Notes under the pieces: model-generated
The model's input: the letters and a program-made list of their open reading frames with translations, nothing else
Database searches by the model: none
What the model was told of the DNA's origin: nothing
Assembly (NCBI GenBank): GCA_934631995.1
Contig: CAKTYF010000001.1
Coordinates: forward strand, 1 to 61,922
Source: an uncultured Eggerthellaceae bacterium
GTDB taxonomy: Bacteria; Actinomycetota; Coriobacteriia; Coriobacteriales; Eggerthellaceae
Direction: 5' to 3'
DNA: 61,922 nt
Made by a program: the position numbers and the translations under genes
Shown here: piece by piece, positions 34,818 to 44,265 of the stretch
Numbering within the stretch: position 1 is the stretch's first letter
How the letters are laid out: each line of letters begins with the position of its first letter

Positions 34818-35546
34818 ATGGCGGGTTCGTCAAAAGAACGCGAAGAAGAGTGGCGCGAGCTCATCTTCGATGCATATAACCGATGCATCGAACAAGGTGC
34901 TGCCGTGTCTGAAATCACCATCAAGCGCATCTGCGAAGAGGCGCATATCTCCAAACCCACGTTTTATCGCTATTTCGACAACAAAGAAGACATGGCGCTT
35001 TGGGTGTCGCGTCGTGCCATTGATGCGGGATTTACCCAGATAGGGCGCACCTGTACTTGGTTTGTTGGTCTGTATCGCACGTGTCTTGAGTTCCTTCGCT
35101 ATAAAGCATATTTCTCCGCCGCTCCGAAAAGCACGTCTAACGGCATGGTGGGCGACGCTCTTTTTGACTACAAACGTGACGTTTTGATGGAGACGCTTAC
35201 GAAGTATCGTCGCGAGCGCATTGATTCCGTTGCCGCTTTCCAGATCGAAGCGTTCTTGGTTTCGTCGGGCTCGATGTTTCGCTATTGGGGCGAGTCGGGC
35301 ATGAACATGTCGCCGGAAGATATTGCCGCATATATCACAAGCTCGGTTCCTTGGGGTTTGTACAACCTGCTGAAAGAGCCGATTAGGGGCCTAAGCGACG
35401 AGCAACACCACATCAATCGCATTGCTATAACAAGTGTGGAGGGACGCCCCGTGGACTATTGGGCGCTGCGAAAAGATATCCAAGACGGGTCGGAGATCCT
35501 ACGACATATCATGAATGAGTATGGCGTGTCTGAAGTGGGAAAATAA
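34818..35546 (+). CDS. TetR/AcrR-family transcriptional regulator
   Basis: HTH ITIKRICEEAHISKPTFYRYFDNKEDM. Confidence 0.75.
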   Translation: MAGSSKEREEEWRELIFDAYNRCIEQGAAVSEITIKRICEEAHISKPTFYRYFDNKEDMALWVSRRAIDAGFTQIGRTCTWFVGLYRTCLEFLRYKAYFSAAPKSTSNGMVGDALFDYKRDVLMETLTKYRRERIDSVAAFQIEAFLVSSGSMFRYWGESGMNMSPEDIAAYITSSVPWGLYNLLKEPIRGLSDEQHHINRIAITSVEGRPVDYWALRKDIQDGSEILRHIMNEYGVSEVGK

Positions 35547-35655
35547 GAGAAACCATATCACAGTTTTTCATAATATTTTCAATAAGAACTGGTATTATCG
35601 CCTCTGATAAATCGGATACTGTATTGAAGACCGAAGCAGAGGAGATGGTGTCGTA

Positions 35656-36312
35656 ATGCAGCTAGACGAAAATGGTTTGGTCAAAGGGAAACGAAGCGGC
35701 GATGTTCTTGAGACTGCCTTCAAAATGTTCTCTCATGCTGCAATTGATTCCATTAGCATGACGGATATCGCCGATGAAGCTCGTATTGGCGTTGCAACGA
35801 TTTATCGTTATTTTGGCACAAAGCAGAACCTGGTTATTCGCGCATGCGCGTACGCGATGCGTATGCGTACTGAGAAAGTGTTGCAGCGTTTCAAAGAGGA
35901 AAAAGTCGCCGAGCGTCGTGGTATTGAGCAGATAGAGTATCTGCTTATGGGCTTCGTGCAAGATTACGAAGAGCAGCTTGACCTGCTGCGATTCACTACG
36001 AATGTCGATCAATATTTCTTGGATGAGTCCAATAAAGAGGCGCTTATTCCTTGTCGCGATGCGATGAAGCCCATCTTCGATTTGTATTATCATGCTTTCG
36101 ATCTGGCTATTGAGCAGGGGGATGTTGTTCCCGAGTATTGCGATCGCGAGTATCAGACCTGCAGCATTATGGCGATTATGGGTGCTGCGCAAAAATATGC
36201 CGCAAATGGCATTTTCTGCTGCGCGGATGTAGTAAGGCAGAAGAATTGGTTGACGTGGCAAGCGAAAATGACCCTCCATTTCCTGGGGGGGGGGCTGCCC
36301 TCTGAAGCCTGA
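35656..36312 (+). CDS. TetR/AcrR-family transcriptional regulator
   Basis: HTH ISMTDIADEARIGVATIYRYFGTKQNL. Confidence 0.8.
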   Translation: MQLDENGLVKGKRSGDVLETAFKMFSHAAIDSISMTDIADEARIGVATIYRYFGTKQNLVIRACAYAMRMRTEKVLQRFKEEKVAERRGIEQIEYLLMGFVQDYEEQLDLLRFTTNVDQYFLDESNKEALIPCRDAMKPIFDLYYHAFDLAIEQGDVVPEYCDREYQTCSIMAIMGAAQKYAANGIFCCADVVRQKNWLTWQAKMTLHFLGGGLPSEA

Positions 36313-36512
36313 TTCCGGTATACCGCGCTGCTGTGCGTAAGGTTGCGTAGTACGCGGAAGTATCTCGGAGCATGGGCGCGCGTGATTGCGTGCAAGTGAG
36401 TTGTGCCGCGCGCCCGGAGGACATTCGGAGCAAAGGATATTCGGAGCAAGTGTGCGTGATTTCTGGGATAACCCTGGTGAACGCACATGAAGCGCTACGA
36501 TATTTGACGATA

Positions 36513-36555
36513 AGGGTAAACCGTTCTGCGAAGGTGCGGTTTACCCTTCTTTTTT
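36513..36555 (+). terminator. Rho-independent terminator ~200 nt downstream of the second TetR gene
   Basis: 11-bp stem agggtaaaccg / cggtttaccct followed by a T-rich run. Confidence 0.65.
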
Positions 36556-36685
36556 GGTTGTTGCGGGTTCGTTTTTGCGGTAAGCGCCATAATGTTGTAG
36601 GTGATTTTTGCCCGACGCTTTGTGGCGTTGCGCGAACCGCGGCGCGCAGTTCGTTGCGTCAATTCGCTTATAAGAATTCCAATGT

Positions 36686-37165
36686 ATGAGAGGGTTTGAA
36701 ACATTGATTAGAATCCTGTTTGTATGCCATGGCAATATTTGCCGCAGCCCTATGGCGGAATACGTTATGAAGCACTTGGTCAAGGAGGTCGGGCTGGCTG
36801 GCGAATTTGCTATTGACTCCGCCGCGACCAGCACGGAAGAAATAGGGAATACGCCGCACCGTGGCACGCGTCGGGTGCTGGCAGAAAACGGCATTGCGTG
36901 CGGAGAGCATCGCGCGCGGCGCTTGAAGCGCAGCGATGCGGAAGCGTTTGACCTGATCATCGGCATGGATTCCGCGAATATCCGCAACATGAGAGGCGCG
37001 CTGGGCGCCGCCGCGCAGGGCAAGATCTACAAGCTCATGGAGTTTGCGGGATTGACCGACGACGTTGCCGACCCCTGGTATACGGGCGATTTCGAAACAA
37101 CATTCAATGACGTTTACGTGGGCTGTACAGGGCTTTTAGCGTTTTGCAGGAAGAGTCTGCGGTAG
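36686..37165 (+). CDS. Low-molecular-weight protein-tyrosine phosphatase
   Basis: CX5R(S) P-loop VCHGNICRSP and a DPWY loop. Confidence 0.85.
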   Translation: MRGFETLIRILFVCHGNICRSPMAEYVMKHLVKEVGLAGEFAIDSAATSTEEIGNTPHRGTRRVLAENGIACGEHRARRLKRSDAEAFDLIIGMDSANIRNMRGALGAAAQGKIYKLMEFAGLTDDVADPWYTGDFETTFNDVYVGCTGLLAFCRKSLR

Positions 37166-37843
37166 AGTTTCCCTTTCTGTTCCGAGAAGCTTCCGACATT
37201 GGGCCTCAAGTTCTTCCAGAATGAACCCATTTGCGTACCAAACCGTCTCGTAATGCATGTATTGCAGCACGTTTTCGTCCCAGAAGAATTGAAGCGATGC
37301 AGGAAAATCTTCATCGGGAAGCCAGAGCTGAACTTGCATGGTTAGATCATTTATGACGGTGAACTGGGCCGATGCATCGGCTTTATCGAGCGACGCGCCG
37401 CCCAGCGCCCGTGCGGCCTGCGCCAAAATGCCGCTCTTCTGCGCCTCAAGCGCGGCCAAGCGTGCTTCTTGGGCTGCGTAAATGCTGCTTGGCCGTGGCG
37501 CTGTTGCCGCTATTTTCGTGTGCAAGCTTTTCATGTTGACCATGGTTTTGTTGGCGTGGCATGAAGGCTGAGCGTATCCCAGCAGGTCGTAGATGGTCAT
37601 GGCTTCGTTGAATTGCGCTTCTGGCCAGGTGGTTTCTGCGGGAGCGCCCGGGGCTTCGCATTCTTCGCGGCGTTCGATGACGCCCGTGCGCTTGCTCAGG
37701 CGAAACGGCTGCTCAAAGAATCGCACGTACAGATAATCGGCATCTTGTTCAAGCCCAAATCGCTCAATAAGCGCGCTGTGGTCGGTTTCGCAAAACGCTT
37801 GCGCGCAGGCACGTTTCGTCTTTTCGTAATTCGATTCTGCCAT
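37136..37843 (-). CDS. DUF3786-like protein
   Basis: 235 aa. The N-terminal pattern NYEKT...FGLEQDADYLYVRFFEQPFRLSKRTGVI resembles DUF3786. Its 3' end overlaps the phosphatase gene by 30 nt. Confidence 0.5.
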   Translation of the reverse strand: MAESNYEKTKRACAQAFCETDHSALIERFGLEQDADYLYVRFFEQPFRLSKRTGVIERREECEAPGAPAETTWPEAQFNEAMTIYDLLGYAQPSCHANKTMVNMKSLHTKIAATAPRPSSIYAAQEARLAALEAQKSGILAQAARALGGASLDKADASAQFTVINDLTMQVQLWLPDEDFPASLQFFWDENVLQYMHYETVWYANGFILEELEAQCRKLLGTERETLPQTLPAKR

Positions 37844-38168
37844 GGACCCCTTCGCCTCCTTGTTCTTTGAACTGCGCTGTTGCGCTTATTGTACTCCGTA
37901 CGAGCCTTGTGTCTTGCCGCGCGGCGCTTTGCGTTTCGATGCCCGAGCAAAAAAGAAGGATTTTGAAGACTCTGTTCTTTTACCGAGCAGGTTTTTTGAC
38001 AAACAGTGGCACTATCGCGTGATGGAGTATAATGGATGCTCTTGTGTTCACGGGTGCGTCCGCGCGGCGCGCTTCCAGGGTAAACAAGTGCGTTCGGATG
38101 GGCGCAATGCAAGGGCTCTTAGCGCGAACAACAGCAAAGAAATGAAAGAATACCCAGGTAGAGTGGCT

Positions 38169-39779
38169 ATGACGGCAAGCAAAGAGACGCTTCAGAAAAC
38201 GAAAATCTACACGTACGACTGCACGTTGCGCGATGGCGAACAGGGCGAAGGGATTGCCCTTTCCGTTGAGGATAAGCTGCGCATTGTGCAGCGGCTTGAT
38301 GCATTCGGCATTGATTATATCGAAGGCGGTTTTCCCGCCTCGAACCCAAAGGATATCGAGTTTTTCCAGCGTGTGGGCAAGCTCAAGTTGAAAAATGCGC
38401 GTTTGGCGGCGTTCGGCTCCGTGTGCCATAAGGATGTTTCCGCAGATCAGGACAAAGGTCTTGCCGATTTAGTGGCATGCGGGGCGCCCGTTATTGCTGT
38501 TGTTGCAAAAACGTGGGACTTGCAGGTCACGCGCGTGCTGGAGACCACGCTTGAGGAAAACTTGCGCATGATTTCCGATTCCGTAGCGTTCTTGGTGGCG
38601 CAGGGCAGAGAAGTTGTGCTGGACGCCGAGCATTTCTACGATGGCTACAAGGCGAATGCGGAATATGCGTTGGCGTGTGTGGGGACGGCTGTTTCTGCGG
38701 GCGCGCGCATGGTTTCGCTGTGCGAGACGAACGGCGGCGTGCTTCCGTTCGAGGTTGAAGAAATCACTGCTGCGGTTGTTGCTGCGTTTCCGCAGGTGAA
38801 CGTTGGTGTTCACGCGCATAACGACACGGGATGCGCGGTGGCGAATTCCCTTTCGGCGGTGCGTGCCGGCGCGCGTCATGTGCAGGGAACCATCAACGGC
38901 ATTGGCGAGCGCGTGGGCAATGCCGACTTGCTCACCATTATTGCCGACCTGGAACTGAAGATGGGTTTTTCCTGCGTGGGGCCCGATAAGCTGCGCGAGC
39001 TTTCCGAGGTTGCGGCGTTCGTGGCCGATTCGTGCAACCAGTCGGTTTGGGCGCATCATCCGTATGTGGGTTCGGCAGCATTCGCGCACAAAGGCGGGCT
39101 CCATGCCAGCGCCATCGCTCGTTTTCCGCAGGCGTACGAGCATGTTTCCCCTGATGCAGTGGGCAATAAGTCCCATATGGTGGTAAGCGAGCTGGCGGGC
39201 AAGGCGTCGCTTGTTGCGCGGGCGCGGGCTATTGGCATCGACCTGGAGCAGTACCCCAAGCGTGTTGCCGGTATTTTGGAAGACATCAAGCAGCGCGAGA
39301 ACAAGGGCTATTCGTACGAAGCCGCCGATGGTTCCTTGGCCATGCTTATTTGGGGGCATTTAGGCCAGGTCAAGCCGCATTTCACGTTGGAGAGCTTCCG
39401 TGTGATTGTGGATGATTACGAGGACACGGGTGCCTTCGCGAAAGACGCTATGTCCGAAGCAACCATCAAGATCCACGTGGGCGGAAAGCGCGTGGTTGCC
39501 ACGGGCGAAGGCGCCGGTCCCGTTGGCGCGCTGGACAACGCGCTGCGTCTGGCCATTTCCGAGGTGTACCCCGAAGTTGCCAGCATGGAACTGGTGGACT
39601 TCAAGGTGCGTATTCTGGACGAGAACGTGGGTACCGATGCCATTACGCGCGTTGCCATTACCACCAGAAACGGCGAGCACATGTGGGGCACCATTGGCGT
39701 TTCGGAGAACATCATAGAAGCTTCATGGAACGCGCTGGTTGATTCGATTGAGTTTGGCCTGTTCAAACTGGGTAAATAG
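38169..39779 (+). CDS. cimA: Citramalate synthase (LeuA family, with C-terminal LeuA dimer/regulatory domain)
   Basis: 536 aa from the internal ATG (MTASKETLQKTKIYTYDCTLRDGEQ). HxH motif VHAHNDTGCAVAN. Confidence 0.8.
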   Translation: MTASKETLQKTKIYTYDCTLRDGEQGEGIALSVEDKLRIVQRLDAFGIDYIEGGFPASNPKDIEFFQRVGKLKLKNARLAAFGSVCHKDVSADQDKGLADLVACGAPVIAVVAKTWDLQVTRVLETTLEENLRMISDSVAFLVAQGREVVLDAEHFYDGYKANAEYALACVGTAVSAGARMVSLCETNGGVLPFEVEEITAAVVAAFPQVNVGVHAHNDTGCAVANSLSAVRAGARHVQGTINGIGERVGNADLLTIIADLELKMGFSCVGPDKLRELSEVAAFVADSCNQSVWAHHPYVGSAAFAHKGGLHASAIARFPQAYEHVSPDAVGNKSHMVVSELAGKASLVARARAIGIDLEQYPKRVAGILEDIKQRENKGYSYEAADGSLAMLIWGHLGQVKPHFTLESFRVIVDDYEDTGAFAKDAMSEATIKIHVGGKRVVATGEGAGPVGALDNALRLAISEVYPEVASMELVDFKVRILDENVGTDAITRVAITTRNGEHMWGTIGVSENIIEASWNALVDSIEFGLFKLGK

Positions 39780-39792
39780 CGAAAGGGTGAAC

Positions 39793-40095
39793 GTGGTGGA
39801 TAATTTGAGAACGCCCGAGGTTGACGAGTTGCTAACGGTTCTGTCCCGCCTGGACGACCCTGATACCATATACGCGCTGTTGCAGGATTTATTCACGGTC
39901 CGCGAGATTCGCGATACGTCTCAGCGCTTGCAGGTGGCGCGCATGCTTGCAAAGAAGAATTCCTACACCGCCATCGAGGCGGCAACGGGGGCGTCGGCAA
40001 CTACCATCGCGCGCGTGTCCAAGTGCCTGAGCTACGGTGCAGGCGGTTATGCGGCGGCGCTTAAGGCGCTGGAAGAGTCCGGCGCGCAGGCGTAG
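39793..40095 (+). CDS. YerC/YecD-family TrpR-like DNA-binding protein
   Basis: DLFTVREIRDTSQRLQVARML..NSYTAIEAATGASATTIARVSKCL. GTG start 5-8 nt after gaaaggg. Confidence 0.75.
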   Translation: MVDNLRTPEVDELLTVLSRLDDPDTIYALLQDLFTVREIRDTSQRLQVARMLAKKNSYTAIEAATGASATTIARVSKCLSYGAGGYAAALKALEESGAQA

Positions 40096-40233
40096 CGGAC
40101 CGGCGCAGGAAGCAGGCGGGCGAAGGTAGCCAGCCTGGGCTGACTCGCGCATGGCTTCCCGTTCGCGGTGCAGGAGTAGCGGGTGGTCGCGACCTTCGCA
40201 TGCAAGTAGAGAAGAAGAGATTTCGAGGTTTCA

Positions 40234-42576
40234 ATGGAAAAGATAACGGGTTTGACCAGCGAAGAGGTGCAGCAGCGCATTGCTTCGGGCGATGTGAACG
40301 TAGATGCGAACGTGCATACGCGCTCGGTCAAGGAGATTCTTTTCGACAACCTGGTTACGCTGTTCAACGCGGTGAACCTGGTTCTTGCCGTTATCGTTTT
40401 CCTTACCGGTTCTTACAAGAACATGCTGTTCATGATTGTTATTGTCGTGAACGTTTTTATTGGCATCATTCAGGAGCTGCGCTCGAAGGCGGTTACCGAT
40501 AAGCTGTCTATCGTTGCAAGCGCGCATGCTTCCGTTATTCGTGATGGCGTACGCCAGGAAATTGAGCTTGACCAGGTGGTTCGCGATGATATGATTTGTC
40601 TGGGGCGTGGCATGCAAGTTCCCGCTGACTGCGAAATTATTGCGGGCGAATGCGACATGAACGAAAGCTTGCTCACAGGCGAGAGCGACCTTGTTCCCAA
40701 AAAGCCGGGTGATGTGCTTATGAGCGGGTCGTTTGTGAACGCGGGCAGCGTTACGGCGCGCGTGATTCACGTTGGTGCCGAGAATTATGCAAGCAAGATC
40801 AGCGCCGAGGCCAAAAAGCATAAGAAGGTCAATTCCGAAATTATGGATACGCTGAACAAGATTGTGAAGTACGTATCCATTGCGCTGCCGTTTGTGGGCG
40901 GCGCGCTGTTCTGCAGCCAATATTACCTGTCAAGCGAGCCGGTGGATTTGATCGATTGCATTTTGAGCACCGTCGCCGCGCTGATCGGCATGATCCCCGA
41001 GGGCCTGATTTTGCTCACGTCAACGGTTATGGCAGTTGCCGTTATTCGTCTTTCGAAGTCAAATGTGCTGGTCCAGCAGCTGTACTGCATTGAAACGCTA
41101 GCTCGCGTGGATACGCTGTGCCTGGATAAAACGGGTACCATCACCACGGGCGCCATGGAAGTGCATGCGGTCGAGCTGGTGCCGGGTGCCAGCGAGCAAG
41201 AAGTTTCCAGTGCACTGGCGTCACTCATGGCCGCCGAGAACGACCCCACTGAAACGTCGCGCGCCATTATGGAGTATTGCAAAGGGAAAACGGGCGCGGT
41301 GCTGCCGCTGGTGCGCGCGATTCCGTTTTCGTCGGACAAAAAATGGTCGGGCGCGGCTTTCCAAGGCGCCGCATATGTTATGGGCGCGGGTCAGTTTGTC
41401 ATGGGGCAACGTTACGCGCTCATTGAAGAACGCGTTTCTGAGCTGGCGAAAGACGCACGCGTTTTGGTGCTTGCTTCTGTTTCGGGCTTCACGGAAGACG
41501 GCGCGCTGGTGGGTGATCCCGAGCCGTTGGCTTTCATTTGCATCCACGATCAGATTCGTTCTACGGCGGCGCAGACCATTCAGTTCTTCAAGGAGCAGAG
41601 CGTTACCGTGAACGTGATTTCCGGCGACGATCCACGCACGGTTTCCGGCATTGCGGCGAAAGTAGGCGTGCCGAACGCCGATGCCTATGTGGATGCCACT
41701 ACGCTGAAAACCGATGAAGACGTGGCGGCCGCCATGAAGAAATATCACGTGTTCGGTCGCGTGAAGCCCGAACAGAAAAAGCAATTTGTACAGGCTCTTC
41801 AGAGCGAGGGCCACGTTGTTGCCATGACGGGCGATGGCGTGAACGATACGCTGGCGCTCAAGCAGGCCGACTGCAGCGTTGCTATGGCGGCAGGTTCCGA
41901 TGCCGCGCGTAACGTGGCACATTTAGTGTTGGTGGACAACGACTTCGCCAGCATGCCTAAAGTGGTGGCAGAGGGTAGGCGCTCTATCAACAACTTGCAG
42001 CGTTCTGCATCGTTGTTCCTGGTCAAGACGCTGTTCTCGATAACAATGGCGGTTTTGTTCGTGTTCTTGCCCTGGCAGTATCCGTTCCAGCCCATCCAGA
42101 TGACGCTGGTGAGCGCCATGACGATTGGCCTGCCGTCGTTCGTGCTGGCGCTTGAGCCGAATCGCGATCGCATTAAAGGCAATTTCCTGGAAAACGTTAT
42201 CGTGCGCGCTATACCTGGCGCTATTACGGTGGTGTTCAGCGTGCTTATCGTGAACATTGTGGGCAATGTGTTTGCGAATTGGGATTACGAGCAGATCTCC
42301 ACGTTGGCGGTGCTGCTTACGGCATGGACGGGCATTATGCTTATCATTCGCTTGTCGATTCCGTTTACCCCTATCCGAACAGGGCTTTTAGTGGTGTGCG
42401 CGGGTGGCACGATTCTAGGTGCCACGTTATTCCACAACTTGTTTGGTATCTCGGCGCTTTCGATTGGCATGTGGGTCACGCTGGGCGTCATGATGGTGCT
42501 CATTGCGATGTTCTATCACTACGTATATACGCGCTTTGATATCTGGCATGCAAAACGCCAGGCCAAGCTTGTGTAG
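40234..42576 (+). CDS. Cation-translocating P-type ATPase
   Basis: 780 aa with TGES (LTGESDLV), DKTGTIT and GDGVNDTLALKQAD motifs and ~10 TM helices. Confidence 0.85.
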   Translation: MEKITGLTSEEVQQRIASGDVNVDANVHTRSVKEILFDNLVTLFNAVNLVLAVIVFLTGSYKNMLFMIVIVVNVFIGIIQELRSKAVTDKLSIVASAHASVIRDGVRQEIELDQVVRDDMICLGRGMQVPADCEIIAGECDMNESLLTGESDLVPKKPGDVLMSGSFVNAGSVTARVIHVGAENYASKISAEAKKHKKVNSEIMDTLNKIVKYVSIALPFVGGALFCSQYYLSSEPVDLIDCILSTVAALIGMIPEGLILLTSTVMAVAVIRLSKSNVLVQQLYCIETLARVDTLCLDKTGTITTGAMEVHAVELVPGASEQEVSSALASLMAAENDPTETSRAIMEYCKGKTGAVLPLVRAIPFSSDKKWSGAAFQGAAYVMGAGQFVMGQRYALIEERVSELAKDARVLVLASVSGFTEDGALVGDPEPLAFICIHDQIRSTAAQTIQFFKEQSVTVNVISGDDPRTVSGIAAKVGVPNADAYVDATTLKTDEDVAAAMKKYHVFGRVKPEQKKQFVQALQSEGHVVAMTGDGVNDTLALKQADCSVAMAAGSDAARNVAHLVLVDNDFASMPKVVAEGRRSINNLQRSASLFLVKTLFSITMAVLFVFLPWQYPFQPIQMTLVSAMTIGLPSFVLALEPNRDRIKGNFLENVIVRAIPGAITVVFSVLIVNIVGNVFANWDYEQISTLAVLLTAWTGIMLIIRLSIPFTPIRTGLLVVCAGGTILGATLFHNLFGISALSIGMWVTLGVMMVLIAMFYHYVYTRFDIWHAKRQAKLV

Positions 42577-42586
42577 TGCCGCTGCT

Positions 42587-42617
42587 TGTTGACAAATTAC
42601 CCCACCTTTTGTCAACA
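42587..42617. repeat. 31-nt palindromic intergenic repeat, copy 2 (perfect 10-bp arms), 10 nt after the ATPase stop
   Basis: tgttgacaaaTTACCCCACCTtttgtcaaca. Confidence 0.8.
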
Positions 42618-42726
42618 TTTGCGAGCCGAACCCATGCGTTTGCAGCGAGGTTTTATGATGCACGGCGGTGCATTGGGTGGCTTGAGGCTGCTGCGTGCCT
42701 TTTCTTCTGTTGATTTTGCCGCTGCT

Positions 42727-42953
42727 TGTTGGAAAACGACCCCCAAACTCGGGCAAATCGACGATATTCGGTGGTCGGAGCGGTAGGGTGAAAGCCGGAC
42801 CGGCAAGGCTGTTTTTTCGCAGCCGTCTGACCTGGTCTTTTGTGAACGATCATTTTGACAGATGCCCATAAAGCAGAAGAAGAGCCCCGATTGGGACTCT
42901 TCAACCACCGAATATCGTCGATTTGCCTGAATTCGCACCCGTTTTTCCAACAA
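42727..42953. mobile_element. 227-bp MITE-like element with ~50-bp imperfect terminal inverted repeats
   Basis: The left arm ttgttggaaaacg..ggcaaatcgacgatattcggtggt (42727-42775) is the reverse complement of 42904-42953, except for a ~12-nt internal block. Confidence 0.6.
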
Positions 42954-43130
42954 CTACCGTTCGGAAAAGCTTTTTGCCGGCGTCGCGAGCGGTGAGATGG
43001 CGGCAACGCTGTCTCACATGTGGGTAAGAACGCGACTGCGGCTACTGCGCGACGCCGAAATAGTTACAACGCCGTCGCGCGCTGCAACGACCCATCGGCG
43101 TCGCGGCAAGCAGACTCGGCGCCGTTGCCA

Positions 43131-43931
43131 TTACGGACGCAGACCCATGCCGCCTTCTAGCGTGATGGTCTCGCCGGACATGTACTTGAAGTCAGGAGTT
43201 GCCAGCTGCACGCACACGCGGCCGATTTCCTTCTCCACGTCGCCGTAGTGGCCCATGGGCGGCATCTTCACGTTTGCTTCGAATGCTTCGGGGTAGGCCA
43301 GTTTGAAGTTTTCCAGCGCTGCGGTCCAGGCTAGCGGGCATACGGCGTTCACGTTAATGCCGTCGGGACCCCATTCGGTGGCGGCTACGCGCGACATGCC
43401 GCGGATGCCTTCCTTCGCGGCGGCGTACGCGCACTGCCCGTAGTTGCCGAACAGGCCGGCGCCCGATGCGAAGTTGATAACGGAGCCCTGCGATTCCTTC
43501 AAATAGGGGTAGCATGCCTTCATGTAATAGAATGCGGCGTACAATCCAGAGTATAGAGCCAGGTCAAACTGCTCGGTGGTGTGGTCGGCAAGCGTCACGC
43601 CGGAAGCGGATGCCTGCGCGTTGTTGATAAGCACCTGGATGCCGCCGAAGCGCTCAACGGCTTGGCGCACAACCTCTTTTGTGATGGCCTCGTTGTCGGC
43701 GCTGGCGTTCACATCGGCGGCAACGCACAGCACCTCAATGCCGTACAAGCGCTCCAGCTCTTCTTTGGCGGCCTCGAGTTTTGCTACATTGCGGCCGGTG
43801 ATGACCAGGTTCGCGCCCTCTTTGGCATATGCGGTGGCAATGCCGTAGCCAATGGATCCGCAGCTTCCGTCTTGCAGCGTGGCGCGGCCGGCGCCCGTGA
43901 TGATGACGGTTTTACCAGTGAAAAATCCCAT
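43131..43931 (-). CDS. SDR-family oxidoreductase
   Basis: 266 aa from the ATG at 43931 (RBS aggagg). Gly-rich NAD(P) motif ITGAGR...GSIGYGIA and catalytic YAAAK. Confidence 0.85.
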   Translation of the reverse strand: MGFFTGKTVIITGAGRATLQDGSCGSIGYGIATAYAKEGANLVITGRNVAKLEAAKEELERLYGIEVLCVAADVNASADNEAITKEVVRQAVERFGGIQVLINNAQASASGVTLADHTTEQFDLALYSGLYAAFYYMKACYPYLKESQGSVINFASGAGLFGNYGQCAYAAAKEGIRGMSRVAATEWGPDGINVNAVCPLAWTAALENFKLAYPEAFEANVKMPPMGHYGDVEKEIGRVCVQLATPDFKYMSGETITLEGGMGLRP

Positions 43932-44265
43932 GAGTTCAAGCCTCCTTGTATTCGACTGCAGGCCAGCGCGGAGCAGCAACAATAGCCAGATTGCAGTCCC
44001 CAGCGCTTACCTGCGTTATTGTAACAAAATGCAGAAGCGTTCGTTGCTGGGACGTACGGATGGCGATTCGCGTGCGGGTGACGGTTGCGCGGGTGGCAGG
44101 TTGAGCCGTGCGCGAACGACGGCGGTGCAGGGCAGGGCGGATGCGTCCGAGCCACCCTTGCCATGCGCTCCGGTGAACGGCGCCTGGCAAGGGGATGGCG
44201 CGCGGCACGATGGCTGGGGTGGCTGCACGGCCGTAGCATCGACGCGGGTAGCAGCTGGGCAACTC

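Noticed and set aside
34558-35043. 161-aa plus-strand ORF and 64-aa minus-strand ORF (34561-34755) in the AT-rich gap upstream of the first TetR gene.
   Set aside because: They overlap the TetR start in another frame and lie in promoter-like AT-rich DNA, with no RBS or motifs. A real small gene cannot be excluded, but it is unsupported.
36372-36689. 105-aa ORF between the second TetR gene and the phosphatase gene.
   Set aside because: It reads through a strong terminator hairpin (36513-36555), has no RBS, and has Arg/Cys-rich composition.
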